A stretch of 64,000 nt of DNA, taken from assembly GCA_013239625.1 (NCBI GenBank), contig MU054122.1:708773-772772 (forward strand). Reading direction: 5' to 3'. The position numbers and the translations under genes are program-made. The stretch comes from Lama guanicoe. Lineage: Eukaryota. Of the stretch, positions 29,601 through 44,600 are shown piece after piece; position 1 is the first letter of the stretch, and every line of letters begins with the position of its first letter. The notes below the pieces were generated by a model that was given only the letters and a program-made list of their open reading frames with translations, did not search any database and was not told the origin of the DNA.

Positions 29601-32600
29601 GTCTCTGTTGCGATGACTCAATTCTGCTGTGATCGCAGACAATCATAGACAGTACATAAACAAATGAACCTGGCTGTGATCCACTGAATTTTTATTTATG
29701 GACACACATTTGAATTTCATGTAATGTTGACATGTCACAAAATATTATTCTTTGATTCCCCCCTCCCCCAACCATTTAAAAACTCATGGACTACGAAAAC
29801 AGACAGCAGGCCAGATTTCACCCTCTGGCTGTCATTCTGTTCTGATCTCTGTTCTGCACCAAGGCATCAGCTAAGGCATGCAGAAACGAGCTTTTTCTGG
29901 GTCTCGACAGTGAGTGGCTCAAAGAATTGGGTGGGACCAAAGTAGTTATTCGAAACCCACACTAAGAGATTGAAGAGGAAGGATCAGAAAGCTGGAGTGG
30001 CTCTTGCTTGCAAAGGCTCCAGGCCCTGAGTCAGTTTGGATAAGATACAGGGTATCTCTGGGAAGGACCAGGCTATCATCACAGGAATAAAGCTTGATCC
30101 TGAGATCAAGGTTAAATGAACTGGGAACTGTTAAGTGGCTTCATTCCAGAGCATAAACCAATCTCTTGAAGGACCATTATCCACAGGTGAAGTCAAATAG
30201 ATACAAGTAGCTACAAACTCACTGAGGGAGTGGAACAGATTGATGGGGGAGGGTGGAGAAGACTGTGCTTGACCTTGAAATTTGACCAAGATGGAAAAAC
30301 AGAGATTGGTAATGACAGGATGATAGATGTGCTTTAATTTACGGGATTAAACTGTGGCATTTCTTGCATCTAGATATTAGATCTCATTGGATTTACAAGT
30401 CTTTTGGTTTTTATAGTTTAGAAACTTGATTATGTATTTCCCTTAATATTCTAAATAGAGTTTGGAAATTACTTAACTCAATCAGGCATCCTAATTTAAA
30501 AATAGAACTTTGTTTTCTGGTACAAAATGGCTCATGAAAATGTTTTTAACACCTGAGGGTTTGGATTTGTGCTATTCAGATTATTTTTATGATGTATGAA
30601 ATATAGTAGTCAAATACCAATTGTGCTCAAATGATGTTCATTGTTAATGTTAATAAAAATAATTTTTCTATTCCAGACTCTTCCTTGCCTAGTTCTCCAA
30701 CGACAATTCCAACAGATGGCTTTATTAAATATGGCAGAAGTAACTATTCGCTCATGAAATTAAAGTTACAGTGGCATGAAGCAGATAATTACTGCAAGCT
30801 TCACACTTCCTTCATTGCTAGTCTTCTAGATCCCTATAGCAACGCATTTGCATGGATGCTCATGCAGACGTTTAAAGAACCAGTGTGGATCGCCCTGAAC
30901 AGTAACTTGGTAAGATGCTGGAAGCGTGTAACTTGACATGATTGATATATTATGATTGAATATGATTCTCTTCTTTGTACATACCTCTCTTTGACGCTTG
31001 TATTATCATTCATTTGGCTGAATACGTGTCATGTGTAAGAATCTGCCAGGCATTGGGAACAATACTAACATGAACAAGACCCAATCTTTCTAGGACCCAG
31101 TTCCTTTAAGGATCTAGCAAGTTAGTGATGCCTATCAGACATCAATCTAAGACTTAACCTAACTTATATTAACTTTCATGTTACTTTTGAATATTAAAAT
31201 TAAATTCTGTACCTAAACAGTTTTATTTATTAACTTATTTCTTTCTTGTGTCATAATTACAAGTATGCCATAGGTAACTAGGAGATAATACACGTGACAA
31301 AGAGAGGTATATACAAAGTGCGATGAGGGGAAAGAAGAGGGATCAGTTGTGCCAAGGGACAGGACCCAGAGGGCTTCTTGGAGAGAGTCAAACTTTATAA
31401 ATGTAGCCTAGGATGGTGGAACATAAGGAAGGAGTACCAAGAAGAGAGAAAAAGATAGAAGGGGATAAAACTGGAAAGCAGGTTGGTATCAGATTTTACA
31501 GAACTGATTCTACCATGAGGCAGAGATTGAAATTTACACTTCATGCGTGAGTAGCTCCTAAGTAGGGTGGTGACTGTGCGGGGCACCAGAAAGTAACACA
31601 ACATTGTAAACTGACTATACTTCAATTAAAAAAAAAAGAAAGAAAAAAAGTAAGTAGTTCCACAGTGATTTCTGTGATTAAACTTAGCCATGACATTTTT
31701 ATGTCTATGTTAAATCTATTTTTAGTAATTCATTCTCTTGGTAATTCATTCCTTTTCTTTTCACAGGTATGGCCACAATTGTATTATGAGTTTAAAACAG
31801 GATTTTATTTAGAGTTAGAATTATTAAATACCTTTCCATTCTATTGACATTTATAACTAAAACAATACTATTATCTTCCTAGCATCTATGGGGTTAATGA
31901 TTATGTGATCATTATTTGATTGAACATGGTGGAATCCTACCAAATTCTAACTTGAGATAATACATGCTTTTTATTTTGTCATCAAATCTTTGGTAATTGG
32001 CTTAGTAAATTAAATAATGCAGTTAAAAAGAGGACAAGTGTTTAAATGGCTTAAAAATTCAGTTATCTCTGATTAATATTCTATATCAACAGTTCTGAGG
32101 CTTTACCTATAACATCTTTTAAATTTATTTATTCAATTTTTTTAATCAAGGCACTGATTAAACCCGGGACTCTTATATGCTAATAAGCACTTGCTCCACC
32201 ACTAAGCTATACCACCAGTCCCCTAAAATCTCTTTTAAACTGTTACAAAGATGTTATTGAAGAGTAATATTTTTGATGTTATTGGTTAATTTGTATGTGA
32301 CCATAAATTTACTCAACTAAGTTTATTAAGTAATTAAATATGCAAATTGAATAAAACAATTAGCTTTAAAAAAAGCCATGGTGTTTCATTATGGTTGAAA
32401 GGCCCCCTAACTGGAAGGCAAGAGGCTTAGGCTCCTCCCTTATCTACCTACCCATGTGGCCTTGAATAAGACTTTTGTCATTGGCCCTGTTTTAACAGCT
32501 GAACAGTAAGATTAGAAGAGATAAATGTTTCCCTCAGGGGTCCATGAATTCAATGAAAGTTACTAAATTTTTATTATCGTTTCAAGGATAGTATAATAAC

Positions 32601-35600
32601 ATTTTATTTGTTCTGAACATAAAATTTCTCTTTTGCACTGGAAGCCTGCAAATAAAGAGTTTATAGAATAAGACGTAGGCTTTTAAGTTTGTGTCTTTCA
32701 AAATAGCTTCCGATGCTCTATTAATGGGGATCTTTGGGAAGTAGTTTTTTTTTTTTTTAAGAAAGGCTGATTTTACCTGAATTTGAGTTAGATAGAAATA
32801 ATACATAATGTGTTTTTTATTCCCAAATGGTGAAAATTCTTTGTCCCATTACAGTCTTAAATATACTTTCCACTCCTCGCTTGGTTCTTTGGGTATTTTC
32901 TAAGTGAAGCCAGGGTCTATGCTAATGGGTGCTTTTGTTCTTACAGACCAATAATGAATACGTTTGGACTGATAAGTGGAGAGTGAGGTACACTAATTGG
33001 GCTCCTGATGAACCCAGACTGAAGTCAGCATGTGTTTATATGGATCTTGATGGCTACTGGAAGACAGCGAATTGCAATGAAAGTTTTTATTCTCTCTGCA
33101 AAAGTTCAGAAGGTAATTGAATTCACCGAAACAATCGAGGGATCTGAAATTTTATCAGTGTGCTAATACAAACCACTGTTGATATTATTAAACACTAGCA
33201 TGTTTTGGGGAACTCAAGGATAAGATAAAACATATTCCTTCACCTGACGGAAGACTGACTTGGCAGTAAACAAATCTACAAGGATCAGAATGATGGAAAT
33301 AGAAACTATTCTTCACTTCTTCACTGCTTGAGTTTATTTGCTCTGGACACACTTCTGAATTTTTATTATTGAAATTATTCAGGTATATACAAAGTGCGAT
33401 GAGGGGAAAGAAGAGGGATCAGTTGTGCCAAGGGACAGGACCCAGAGGGCTTCTTGGAGAGAGTCAAACTTTATAAATGTAGCCTAGGATGGTGGAACAT
33501 AAGGAAGGAGTACCAAGAAGAGAGAAAAAGATAGAAGGGGATAAAACTGGAAAGCAGGTTGGTATCAGATTTTACAGAACTGCTTCTACCATGAGGCAGA
33601 GATTGAAATTTACACTTCATGCGTAAGTAGCTCCTAAGTAGGGTGGTGACTGTGCGGGGCACCAGAAAGTAACACAACATTGTAAACTGACTATACTTCA
33701 ATTAAAAAAAAAGAAAGAAAAAAAGTAAGTAGTTCCACAGTGATTTCTGTGATTAAACTTAGCCATGACATTTTTATGTCTATGTTAAATCTATTTTTAG
33801 TAATTCATTCTCTTGGTAATTCATTCCTTTTCTTTTCACAGGTATGGCCACAATTGTATTATGAGTTTAAAACAGGATTTTATTTAGAGTTAGAATTATT
33901 AAATAGCTTTCCATTCTATTGACATTTATAACTAAAACAATACTATTATCTTCCTAGCATCTATGGAGTTAATGATTATGTGATCATTATTTGATTGAAC
34001 ATGGTGGAATCCTACCAAATTCTAACTTGAGATAATACATGCTTTTTATTTTGTCATCAAATCTTTGGTAATTGGCTTAGTAAATTAAATAATGCAGTTA
34101 AAAAGAGGACAAGTGTTTAAATGGCTTAAAAATTCAGTTATCTCTGATTAATATTCTATATCAACAGTTCTGAGGCTTTACCTATAACATCTTTTAAATT
34201 TATTTATTCAATTTTTTTAATCAAGGCACTGATTAAACCCGGGACTCTTATATGCTAATAAGCACTTGCTCCACCACTAAGCTATACCACCAGTCCCCTA
34301 AAATCTCTTTTAAACTGTTACAAAGATGTTATTGAAGAGTAATATTTTTGATGTTATTGGTTAATTTGTATGTGACCATAAATTTACTCAACTAAGTTTA
34401 TTAAGTAATTAAATATGCAAATTGAATAAAACAATTAGCTTTAAAAAAAGCCATGGTGTTTCATTATGGTTGAAAGGCCCCCTAACTGGAAGGCAAGAGG
34501 CTTAGGCTCCTCCCTTATCTACCTACCCATGTGGCCTTGAATAAGACTTTTGTCATTGGCCCTGTTTCAACAGCTGAACAGTAAGATTAGAAGAGATAAA
34601 TGTTTCCCTCAGGGGTCCATGAATTCAATGAAAGTTACTAAATTTTTATTATCGTTTCAAGGATAGTATAATAACATTTTATTTGTTCTGAACATAAAAT
34701 TTCTCTTTTGCACTGGAAGCCTGCAAATAAAGAGTTTATAGAATAAGACGTAGGCTTTTAAGTTTGTGTCTTTCAAAATAGCTTCCGATGCTCTATTAAT
34801 GGGGATCTTTGGGAAGTAGTTTTTTTTTTTTTTAAGAAAGGCTGATTTTACCTGAATTTGAGTTAGATAGAAATAATACATAATGTGTTTTTTATTCCCA
34901 AATGGTGAAAATTCTTTGTCCCATTACAGTCTTAAATATACTTTCCACTCCTCGCTTGGTTCTTTGGGTATTTTCTAAGTGAAGCCAGGGTCTATGCTAA
35001 TGGGTGCTTTTGTTCTTACAGACCAATAATGAATACGTTTGGACTGATAAGTGGAGAGTGAGGTACACTAATTGGGCTCCTGATGAACCCAGACTGAAGT
35101 CAGCATGTGTTTATATGGATCTTGATGGCTACTGGAAGACAGCGAATTGCAATGAAAGTTTTTATTCTCTCTGCAAAAGTTCAGAAGGTAATTGAATTCA
35201 CCGAAACAATCGAGGGATCTGAAATTTTATCAGTGTGCTAATACAAACCACTGTTGATATTATTAAACACTAGCATGTTTTGGGGAACTCAAGGATAAGA
35301 TAAAACATATTCCTTCACCTGACGGAAGACTGACTTGGCAGTAAACAAATCTACAAGGATCAGAATGATGGAAATAGAAACTATTCTTCACTTCTTCACT
35401 GCTTGAGTTTATTTGCTCTGGACACACTTCTGAATTTTTATTATTGAGATTATTCTCTGAATCAATGATATCAGATTCCTCAGGAAATTATGATGGCTTT
35501 TGATGTTAACAACACATCTATATCAAAATAATTTTATCAGGATGCATGTGGATTCATCAGAGTCAGTGATATTTTGGCTATCCAGTCCTAGAATTCTGTC

Positions 35601-38600
35601 ATAGAACTGGACAGTGATAAAGTCCTAGAATTCTACCTACATCATTTAGTTATAACATCAACGTCAGTCATAGCTAAGAAAGTTCTGTAGGGGCTAGGAT
35701 CCTAGAAAAGGAGAAGAGTGTCAAATTATTGCAAATTATTTCTGGATGACCTTTTGGGGGAACTTATTCACATCTTTGTAGGTATCTACAGAGCTGCATT
35801 CTTGATTATGAATGTGATTGATTACTACTATACTATAGTATCTTCTATTGAGATATATGTTAAGTCAAAAAATTTTTAAGTAAAAGGAAAACTTAATAAT
35901 AAAAATGGTGGATCCAAATGATTACCACTGGAGCTTTTTTTTTTTTAATAATGATAAGTGATGACATTTTCCTTAATTACTAATATATTATTCTACGTAC
36001 TATGGAAACTTCATGTCTTACTTTATTTTAAATGTCTTTTTATTAACAGAAACCCCTGCCACCGAGCCTCCACAACTGCCTGGTAGATGCCCTGAGTCAG
36101 AGCACACAGCATGGATTCCTTTCCACGGTCACTGCTACTATATTGAGTCTTCATATACGAGGAACTGGGGCCAAGCTTCTCTGGAATGTCTTCGAATGGG
36201 TAAGTGCCACATGTACTGTAAGAAAATTCCATGATCGTCTATTCTAGATCACCAGTCCTAGTAAAACTCTATATTAAAAAACTAAGGAACGTAAAAATAC
36301 AGGTTTATTTTTCTTAATAATTTATATTGCAACAGAAAGGTCAACATCATACCTCCCAAATGTAATTTCAAAACTTGGAGCCTCAAAAGGTTAAAGCATT
36401 CTGGTAGAAAGCAATGACCTGCTGAATCAGTCTTTCTTATTTTCTGCCCTAATATTCTAAATAGTTAGGATTCTCATTTTTAGTTATTCTGTCGTGTTCA
36501 CCTCTGATCACTGATAAGCTCAGGTTTCACGAGTGCCCTGGCACCATTTTGTTTTGCCATTAACAGAAAAGCCTTTAGATCTGGTTATTTTATTTGTGAA
36601 TAAATACAAAACAAAACCCAAACTGACATGGCATAGATGGACAATTTCCCTCCTGAAATAAAAATGTCAAATTTAACTTTTCAGGGTGATTTAAAAAATC
36701 TACATAGTTAAATTCCACTGAACATCTTACCGATTTTTTTTTTAAACTAAATTTTGATTATACCCTAAGTCAGGGCTCTTCATCCAACAGTGGCGAGCAA
36801 GGGTTTCATCCTCATTTCCTTCAGGTTCATTCAAAAGGCAGCCTTGAGTTTTTATTTCTTCTTTTTACTTTTATGCTTATTTTTCTTTTCAGCTTTATTG
36901 AGGTTTAGTTGACAAAACATTATAATACATTTAAAGTGTACAAGATGATGTTTTGATATATGCATTCAAGTATTACCATCAGGTTAACATATTCATCACA
37001 TCACATATTTACATTTTTTCTTTTTTGTTGAGAACATGTGAGTCTAATCTCTTAGCAAATTACACCATACAGTATGATCAACTGTAGTCATCATATTATA
37101 CATTAGATCCTAAGACCCTATTTATCGTATAACTGAAAGTTTGTAACTTTTTGTCAGCATTTCCCTATTTCTCCCACCCTCTAAGCCCCTGACAACCATT
37201 TTCCTCTCTGTTTCTGTGAATCTGACTTTTTTTTTTTAATTCCACATATAAGTAATATTATGCAGTACTTGTCTGTCTCTGTGTGGCTTATTTTCTTAGA
37301 ATAATGCCCTCCAGGTTAATCAGTGTTGTTGCAAATGGCAGAATTTCCCTCGTTTTAAGGCTGAATAATGTTCCGTTGTATATATATATACTGCATTTTC
37401 TTTCTCCATTCATCTGTTGATGGACACTTATGTTGTTTCCATGTCTTGACTATTGTGAATAATGCCGCAGTGAATGTGGAGTGCAGGTATCTTTTTGAGC
37501 TAGTGATTTTATTTCCTTTGGATATATACCCAGAAGTGGGACTGCTGGATCATATAGTAGTTCTAATTTTAGTTTCTTGAGGAACCTCCGTACTGTTTTC
37601 CAAAGTGACTGTACCTATTTACATTCACACTAACAGGGTTCCCTTTTCTGCTCATCCTCTCCATCATTTATCTCATCTTGTGTAAGCCTATACACATGTG
37701 AAGTGATATATCACTGCAGTTTTGATTTGCATTTCCATGATGATTCGTGATGTTGAGGACCTTTTCACGTACTTCTTAGCTATTTGTAAGTCTTACTAGG
37801 GAAGAGATAACTATTTATGTCCTTTGCCCATTTTTAAAATTGGGTTATTTGTTTTCTGATACGAGTTGTGTAAGTTCCTTGTACATTTTAGATACTAAAT
37901 CTCTATGAAGACATGTGGTTCACAAAAATTATCTCCCATTCAGTCGGATGCCTTTTCATTTTGCTGATGGTTTCCTTTGCTATGCAGAAGCTTTTTAGGT
38001 TGATGTAGTCCCAGTTTATTTTTGCTTTTTTTTTTTTGCCTTTGCTGTTAGTGTCAAATCCAAAAAATTATCACTAAGATTAACGTCAAGGAGCTTAGTA
38101 CCTATATTTTCTTCTAGGGCTTTTATGATTTCAGGTCTTACATTCAAGTCTTTAATCATTTTGAGTTGATTTTTCTGTATAGTGTTAGATGGTGGTTAGA
38201 TAGGTAGAATTGCATATGGCTGCCTAGTTTTCTCAACACCATTTTCATGGAATAATTTTTTTATCCCTTTACTTTAAGCCTGTGTGTATCCTAAAGTTGG
38301 AATGAGTCTTTTGTAGACAGCATAGAGTTGGGGCTTTTATTTTTATTTTTTCCTTTTCTTATCTGTTAAGCCACTTTGTTTTTTTGATTGGAGAATTTAG
38401 TCCATTTACATTTATAGCAGTTCTTAGTAGGTATGGACTTAATATTGCCATTTTGTTAATTGTTTTCTATCTTGATCTTCCTTTGTTCCTTTCTTTGTCT
38501 CTGCTCACTTCCTTTGTGATTTGATAGTTTCTATAGTGGTATGCTTAGATTCCTTTTATTTTTTATATCTACTATAGGTTTTGTTGTGTGGTTACCATGA

Positions 38601-41600
38601 AACTTATATGAAATATCTTATAGAGTGTATTTAAAGCTGAAAACAATTTAACTTTGAACATATGAAAAAACTCTATATTTTTACATTCTCCCCACCTTTT
38701 ATGTTTTTGATGTCACAGTTTACATCTTTTTTATATTGTATATCCATTAACAAATTATTATATTTATATTTATTTTAATACTTTTGTCTTTTAACCCTTA
38801 TACTAGAGTTAATAGGTGATTTACCACCACCATTATAATATCAGAATATTCTGGATTTTTAAATGTATTTACCCTTACCATTGAGTTTTATATTTTCAAA
38901 CATTTTCATGTAACTAATTAGTGTCCTTTCATTTCATCTTGAATAATTCCCTTTAACATTTCTTATGAGACCGGTCTATTGGTGATGAACTCTCTCAGCT
39001 TTTGTTTGGAAAACTCTTTATCTCTCATTTATTTCTGAATGTCACCTTTGTAGGTAGAGTATTTTTTGCTGGAAGCTTTTTTCTCTAAGCACTTTAAATA
39101 TACCTTCTCACTCCCTTCTGGTCTGCAAAGTTTCTGCTGAAAAATTTGTTTGTAATCTTATAGGGGTCCCCTTATGTGTAACAAGATGCTTTCCTTTTGC
39201 TATTTTTACAAATCTCTCTGTCTTTAATGTTTGATTTAATTGTAATGTGTCTCAGTGTTGGTCTCTTTAGAGTCATTATATTTGGTGCTCCTGGTTCCTG
39301 AATCTGGATGTCTGTTTCTTTTTTCCAGATTAGGGAAATTTTGTTTCTTTGAATAAGCTTTCTGCCCCCATCTCTCTCTCTTCTCCTTCTTGAATCCCTA
39401 TAATGTATATATTACTCTTGTCTCATAAGTCCTTTAAGCTAGCTTCACTCTTTTTCATTCTTGTTTTTTTTTTTTTTTTTTCTTTTTTTGTTTTTTTTTT
39501 CTTTTTTTTTTTTTTTTTTTTTTTTGCTTCTTTGGATATATTTGCCTGTCTTTCTTTGAGCTTACTGTTTATCTAGTCTGCTGTTGAACACCTCTACTGA
39601 ACTTTTTAGTTCAGTTATTGTATTCTTCAGCTTTGTGATTGCTCTTCAGTACTTTTTAATAATTTCTCTCCCTTTGTTGAAATTCTTGCTTTGTTCATGC
39701 ACTGCTTTCCTGACCTCATTAAGCATGTCTGTAACTGTTATTTTGAATTCTCTACTGGCTAAATCACTTATCTCTGTTTCACTAATATCCATTTGGATAT
39801 GTATTTTGTTTGGAACATATTTTGCTTTTTCTTTATTTTCCTTCACTTCTGCTTTGGTTTCTGTACATTATATAAAACAGATGCCTCTTCCAGTCTTGAA
39901 AGTGGTCTTGGATAGGAGATGAACCTCATCAATCAACCCAACCCAAGCTCCTGTTTGTCTCTCAAAGGTTTGTAGTTATACAAGCTGTTGTCTTTGTTTT
40001 TACTGGCTCCCTGTAGTTGAGGGTGTGCCAGTACCTGATCATGTCCCAAAAGAGAGTATGATAGTTAGCACTTGAGAGCAGTTGATTAGAAGCTGGACCC
40101 CCACACAGCATCTGGGAAAGTGTATAAACCAGGTGTGTGTCCAAGCGCCTTCCAGAGACCTGTTGGTGACCTGATTTTATCACTGCAGCAAGTCAGAGGA
40201 AGAAGGTGGCAGACATGCACACCAGCTCCCCTGGGAGGGTCACAGCCAGTCCCTTGCTGCATGAAAATTAATAGCTGGATCCCTCCCTCCCACTCCTCTG
40301 CAGCAAGTTGTAAAGCATGCAGTCAATCCTTTTCCAGGGAAAGACTGAGAGATGGACATTTTTGTCTGTTCCTTAGCTGAGTCCTGGGAGAATAGCTGTG
40401 GCAAGTGCTTCGTGCCCATTAAGAACTCCTGCTTTGTTTTCTGTGGTCTTACAGGTCTCATGGCTGCAAACCCCATTAGCTTCCAGAGTTAGGTGTTTGG
40501 GGAGCCTATCCCTCAGTGGGGGAACCTTAAAATTTGGAGTGTTAGATGTGTGGTCCAAACCCTTTTCTCTTCAGGGAGAAGCTGGCAATTAGAGGCTCCC
40601 TCCTGATTGTATGAAACTGGGCTGGGGGTAGGCTTTATGAAGAGAGTGTGTCTCAGCCTTTCCTGCTCATTTAGATGTGGGTGTTTTCTCAGTTGCCCTA
40701 TATGTAGGAGTCACCATATATTTTCTTGTAAATAAAATGAATGATTCTCATTCATCAAAATGGGTCACAGATATATTGAAATGGCTACCATCTGTGAAGT
40801 GTATTTAATAATGGAATATGAAATTGTGCAATGAACACAATCATCAAGGGAATAATCCAAGGCCCTGTCACAGGGGGTTCAGATTTTTGGTTAAATATAG
40901 GTCCTCAAGATTCAGAATGCCTGGGTCATGCCATGACTTTGCCCTCAACGAACATTAGGATGTTCGCAAATTACTTGCCCTCTGGACTTTAGATTCCTTA
41001 TCTGTAAAGTGGGGTAACAGAAGTACCAACTGAATGAAGTTGTTGTACAGTTTTAGTGAGATTATGCTTGTAGAGCCCAAAGCAAAATGTCTGTGGCATG
41101 AGCTGCTTAAAATAGGTTTTAACTTGTTATTATTTAAAAGCTAGAGAATTTTACTATAAAATATAATGCTGGCCCTGAGTCCATCTTTGATTGACTTGTC
41201 AATGCTATAGTCATCTAAGCACACTTCCCATTACCTCCCTCTTCTCTGCACAGTCCTATATGCATAACGGCTGGGTTATTACCCCTGTAGTGCATTGCAT
41301 CATTCTGTTGCCTGAAAAAACTAAGTGTTTTTTGTCACCACATTACCCTAAATATGTCTCCTGCCATCTGTACTGAGGCCTAACCCAAGTCTTTTTTTCA
41401 CCCATTGACCAGATTAGTCCAGCCAATCTGAGCTGTCTATTAATACTATTCATTTGCCTCAATAGATTGTCCTATCTGTGTGTCTGTCTATCTATCATCC
41501 ACCTGTATCATAACATGTCACCATAAACCAAATGTGGAGAATCCCAAGCATCTGTGAGCCATCTCTTTTCCTGAAGAAGCTCTATGCTTCCCTCTCCCTT

Positions 41601-44600
41601 GATATTTTCTCTTATTCCTTTTCTCTCTAGAATTATTTTCTATTCTTTCTACTTGAAATCCTATGCTCCTTAATGTCTTAAAATCTATTTCTTCCGTGCT
41701 CCCTTTTATTTGTTTCCCCCGAAACAAATCTTCCCCGTTTGACATGTCAATAGCATATTGTATTTATTTTTCCTTCTAATACATTCCTTTATACGCTCAA
41801 CCCATTACTACCCACTGAACCATAACCTTCTTAAGATATTTGACGTCCTACTTGTCTTTGATTATCTTGCAGTGAGTCGTTCAGTGCTTGTGCACAAATG
41901 GCGCTGGAAAAAAATCATATTTTCAGAATGGAAACTAAAAATTCTTAGAAGACAAATGGCCACTCTTTGAAATTCGACCCCTTACGTGGAGATTTTGGGG
42001 ATGAAAAATAAAAACATTGCTCTTAATCAGTCAAAATATTATCATTATAAAAATATTTTCAACTACTTAAATATACTTCCATCATATTTATTCTTTTGTA
42101 TTTTGTAGGTTCCTCTCTGGTTTCCATTGAAAGTGCTGCCGAGTCGAGTTTCCTGTCATATCGAGTTGAGCCACTTCAAAGCAAAACCAATTTTTGGATA
42201 GGATTGTACAGAAATGTGGAAGGTAATTTTGCAGAATGACTACTGAATCGTGAATATTTCAAAATGTTGTAGGTAAAACAAGTTTTCCATTCTAGAATGT
42301 CTTCCCTTAAATAATGATTAATTTGTGAAGAGTTTGAAAATTCAAACTCATATATTCACTTGAGATAGGACTGAAAATTTAAATGACTCACATATTATGC
42401 TGTCTTGAAAGTTGCTGATTAAAAGAGTATCTACTGTAGGTAAGTTAGTTTAAGAAGGTTTAAAAAATGTTTTCTACCTTTTGCCAGGAAAAAAAAAAAT
42501 TTAGGGAAGGATGTTTGCATATTTATACCCATGAGGAATACATTTTCAACTATGTAACAAACATATTCTCCTTCCTTGTAATGATTATTTATTACAACCC
42601 TGCCTATGAAAAGTCTGGTTGTAAGCAACGTTCGATTGTGGTATAAAACGCTATGCTTAGAAATTTTGCATGAATAAGTTGAAATTATTTTAAGGTGGGT
42701 TAGTTTTAACTTCTGTTTTTATTGGCTTTGTCTGATAATCAGGATCGTGGCTGTGGGTAAACAACAATCCAGTTTCCTTTGTCAACTGGAACACAGGCGA
42801 TCCCTCTGGGGAAAGAAATGATTGTGTATCTCTGTATGCGTCTTCTGGGTTTTGGAGTAATATTCACTGTTCTTCCTACAAAGGATATATTTGTAAAAGA
42901 CCAAAAAGTAAGTAAGAATTTGTCTTATAGGGCATCCGTTTCCAGGCTATGGTTTCTTTCAAATATTAAGGCATCAGGTGTGGGATAATCATGTGATTGC
43001 AGGTTTCTTGCAAGCTCTCCCCCTTTGTAAGTGTAAATGCAGTCTGCTGTGGTGAGCAATTGCTGTTTGCAGCTTGGAGTGAGCACAAAACACTCTTTGT
43101 CTGCTTGGCCGACGTAATGATTTTGGTATATTGAAACATTTATAGTGGGATATCCATGCATATGGGTTTGCAAAGTTGCAAGACGTTTGGAGAAACAGCC
43201 TACAGAGCCTTATGGCATGAGAGAAAAAGGGTGAAACACTTACCCTGGCCAGACTAGAAGAGGCGATTATTCTGGGGAGGAATGAGAATTTATTTATTAA
43301 GGAATAAATTATATAAGACCAGTTACATCTCCTGAGACTGAGTGACAGACTATGTAAGGACAGGGACTGGGAGAATTAATAGCGTTTTGTTAATTAGGTA
43401 ATAGATATAAGTAAATGAATTATGTAAATTAGCACTGCATCCCCATTAGATTTTATTTTAGAATATTTTAGAATCATGTAGTTCTTCACCGTTTTCGAGC
43501 TCTATTCCAAGACACCATACCCTTTGGTACAATGTTGGAATCTTTTTATTTTTCATTCACAGGCCTTGTAACATTTTACAAGTGGGCCAATTTCAAAACA
43601 GCTAGCCTAGGATACATTATTGATGGATAGATTGGGAAGATTTTGAGGTTGAGTATCAATGGCTCAAATGCAACTTGGAAGATCATATTTTTGATTTTCC
43701 AGTGTATTCAAACTCACCATATAGCTTTAGGATGCTGGTATAGGATGGATGGATGGTTGGATAAATAGATAGTTGGATGGATGGATGGATAGATAGATAG
43801 AATCTGCATATCTATACAGATGTATAGATCTATCTGTCTATCATGATCTATCATTAATCATCTATTTGTGATCTGCCTATATCATATATCACCATACGAA
43901 ACATAGATGATTGGATATATTTGTGAACCAAATAATGCTCACTAACTACAAGCATTTATTACGGATTTTTACCAGCATTTAATTATTTTCTTATTTTACA
44001 AACAGTTGTTGATGCCGAACCTACTCATACGTTACTTACAACAAAAGGTAAGACCATTATGAAATTTTAAGTTCCGTATTAGTGATGCATCGATACCTTC
44101 TGTTTGTTTTAAAAAACATGATAATCCCTTCCTGCACACCCCACCCCACCGCCGCCCTCTCAGCAGAATGGCTTGAGCTATGCAATAGCCTTTGTCACTG
44201 GGTCGTTGACCTCCCTTGAATGACGCTCTAGAAAAGCAGGCCTTGGGGTCGGGTTGGTGTTTGCATCATAGATGTTATTGAAGACATTGACGGCTCTGTT
44301 AAGAGCTGCCCTATAATAACCCGCGGAAGAAATTTCTCTCAGGAATCTCTGTGATTTTTTTTTTCTTTTCTTTTCTTTTTTAAGCAGTGTTTTAAATTTT
44401 AGTTTTATGGACAGTTTGAATAAGGAACTGATCCTCTTTCATTCACTTTGTCTTCTGCTTAAAAAAAACTTCAAATTGAGAGTTATGGCTTGCCTGCAGC
44501 CCCCTTTATTAACTTCATGGGTGCTTTTTTTTTTTTTAACAAATACTTTTGCATTCAAATGTCCACTACTCTTATTTTCTTTTTTCCCTCATTTTCTCCT

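Larger units (their letters stand above)
31305..35455 (+). repeat. Tandem duplication 2: 31305-33380 and 33381-35455, contains exon ~25
   Basis: Direct comparison; 6 substitutions and a 1-nt polyA indel seen by eye. Confidence 0.97.

Noticed and set aside
24457..35187. Idea that including both duplicated exon pairs restores the reading frame
   Set aside because: The extra 103 + 166 nt is not a multiple of 3, and each double inclusion hits a stop within 2-3 codons.
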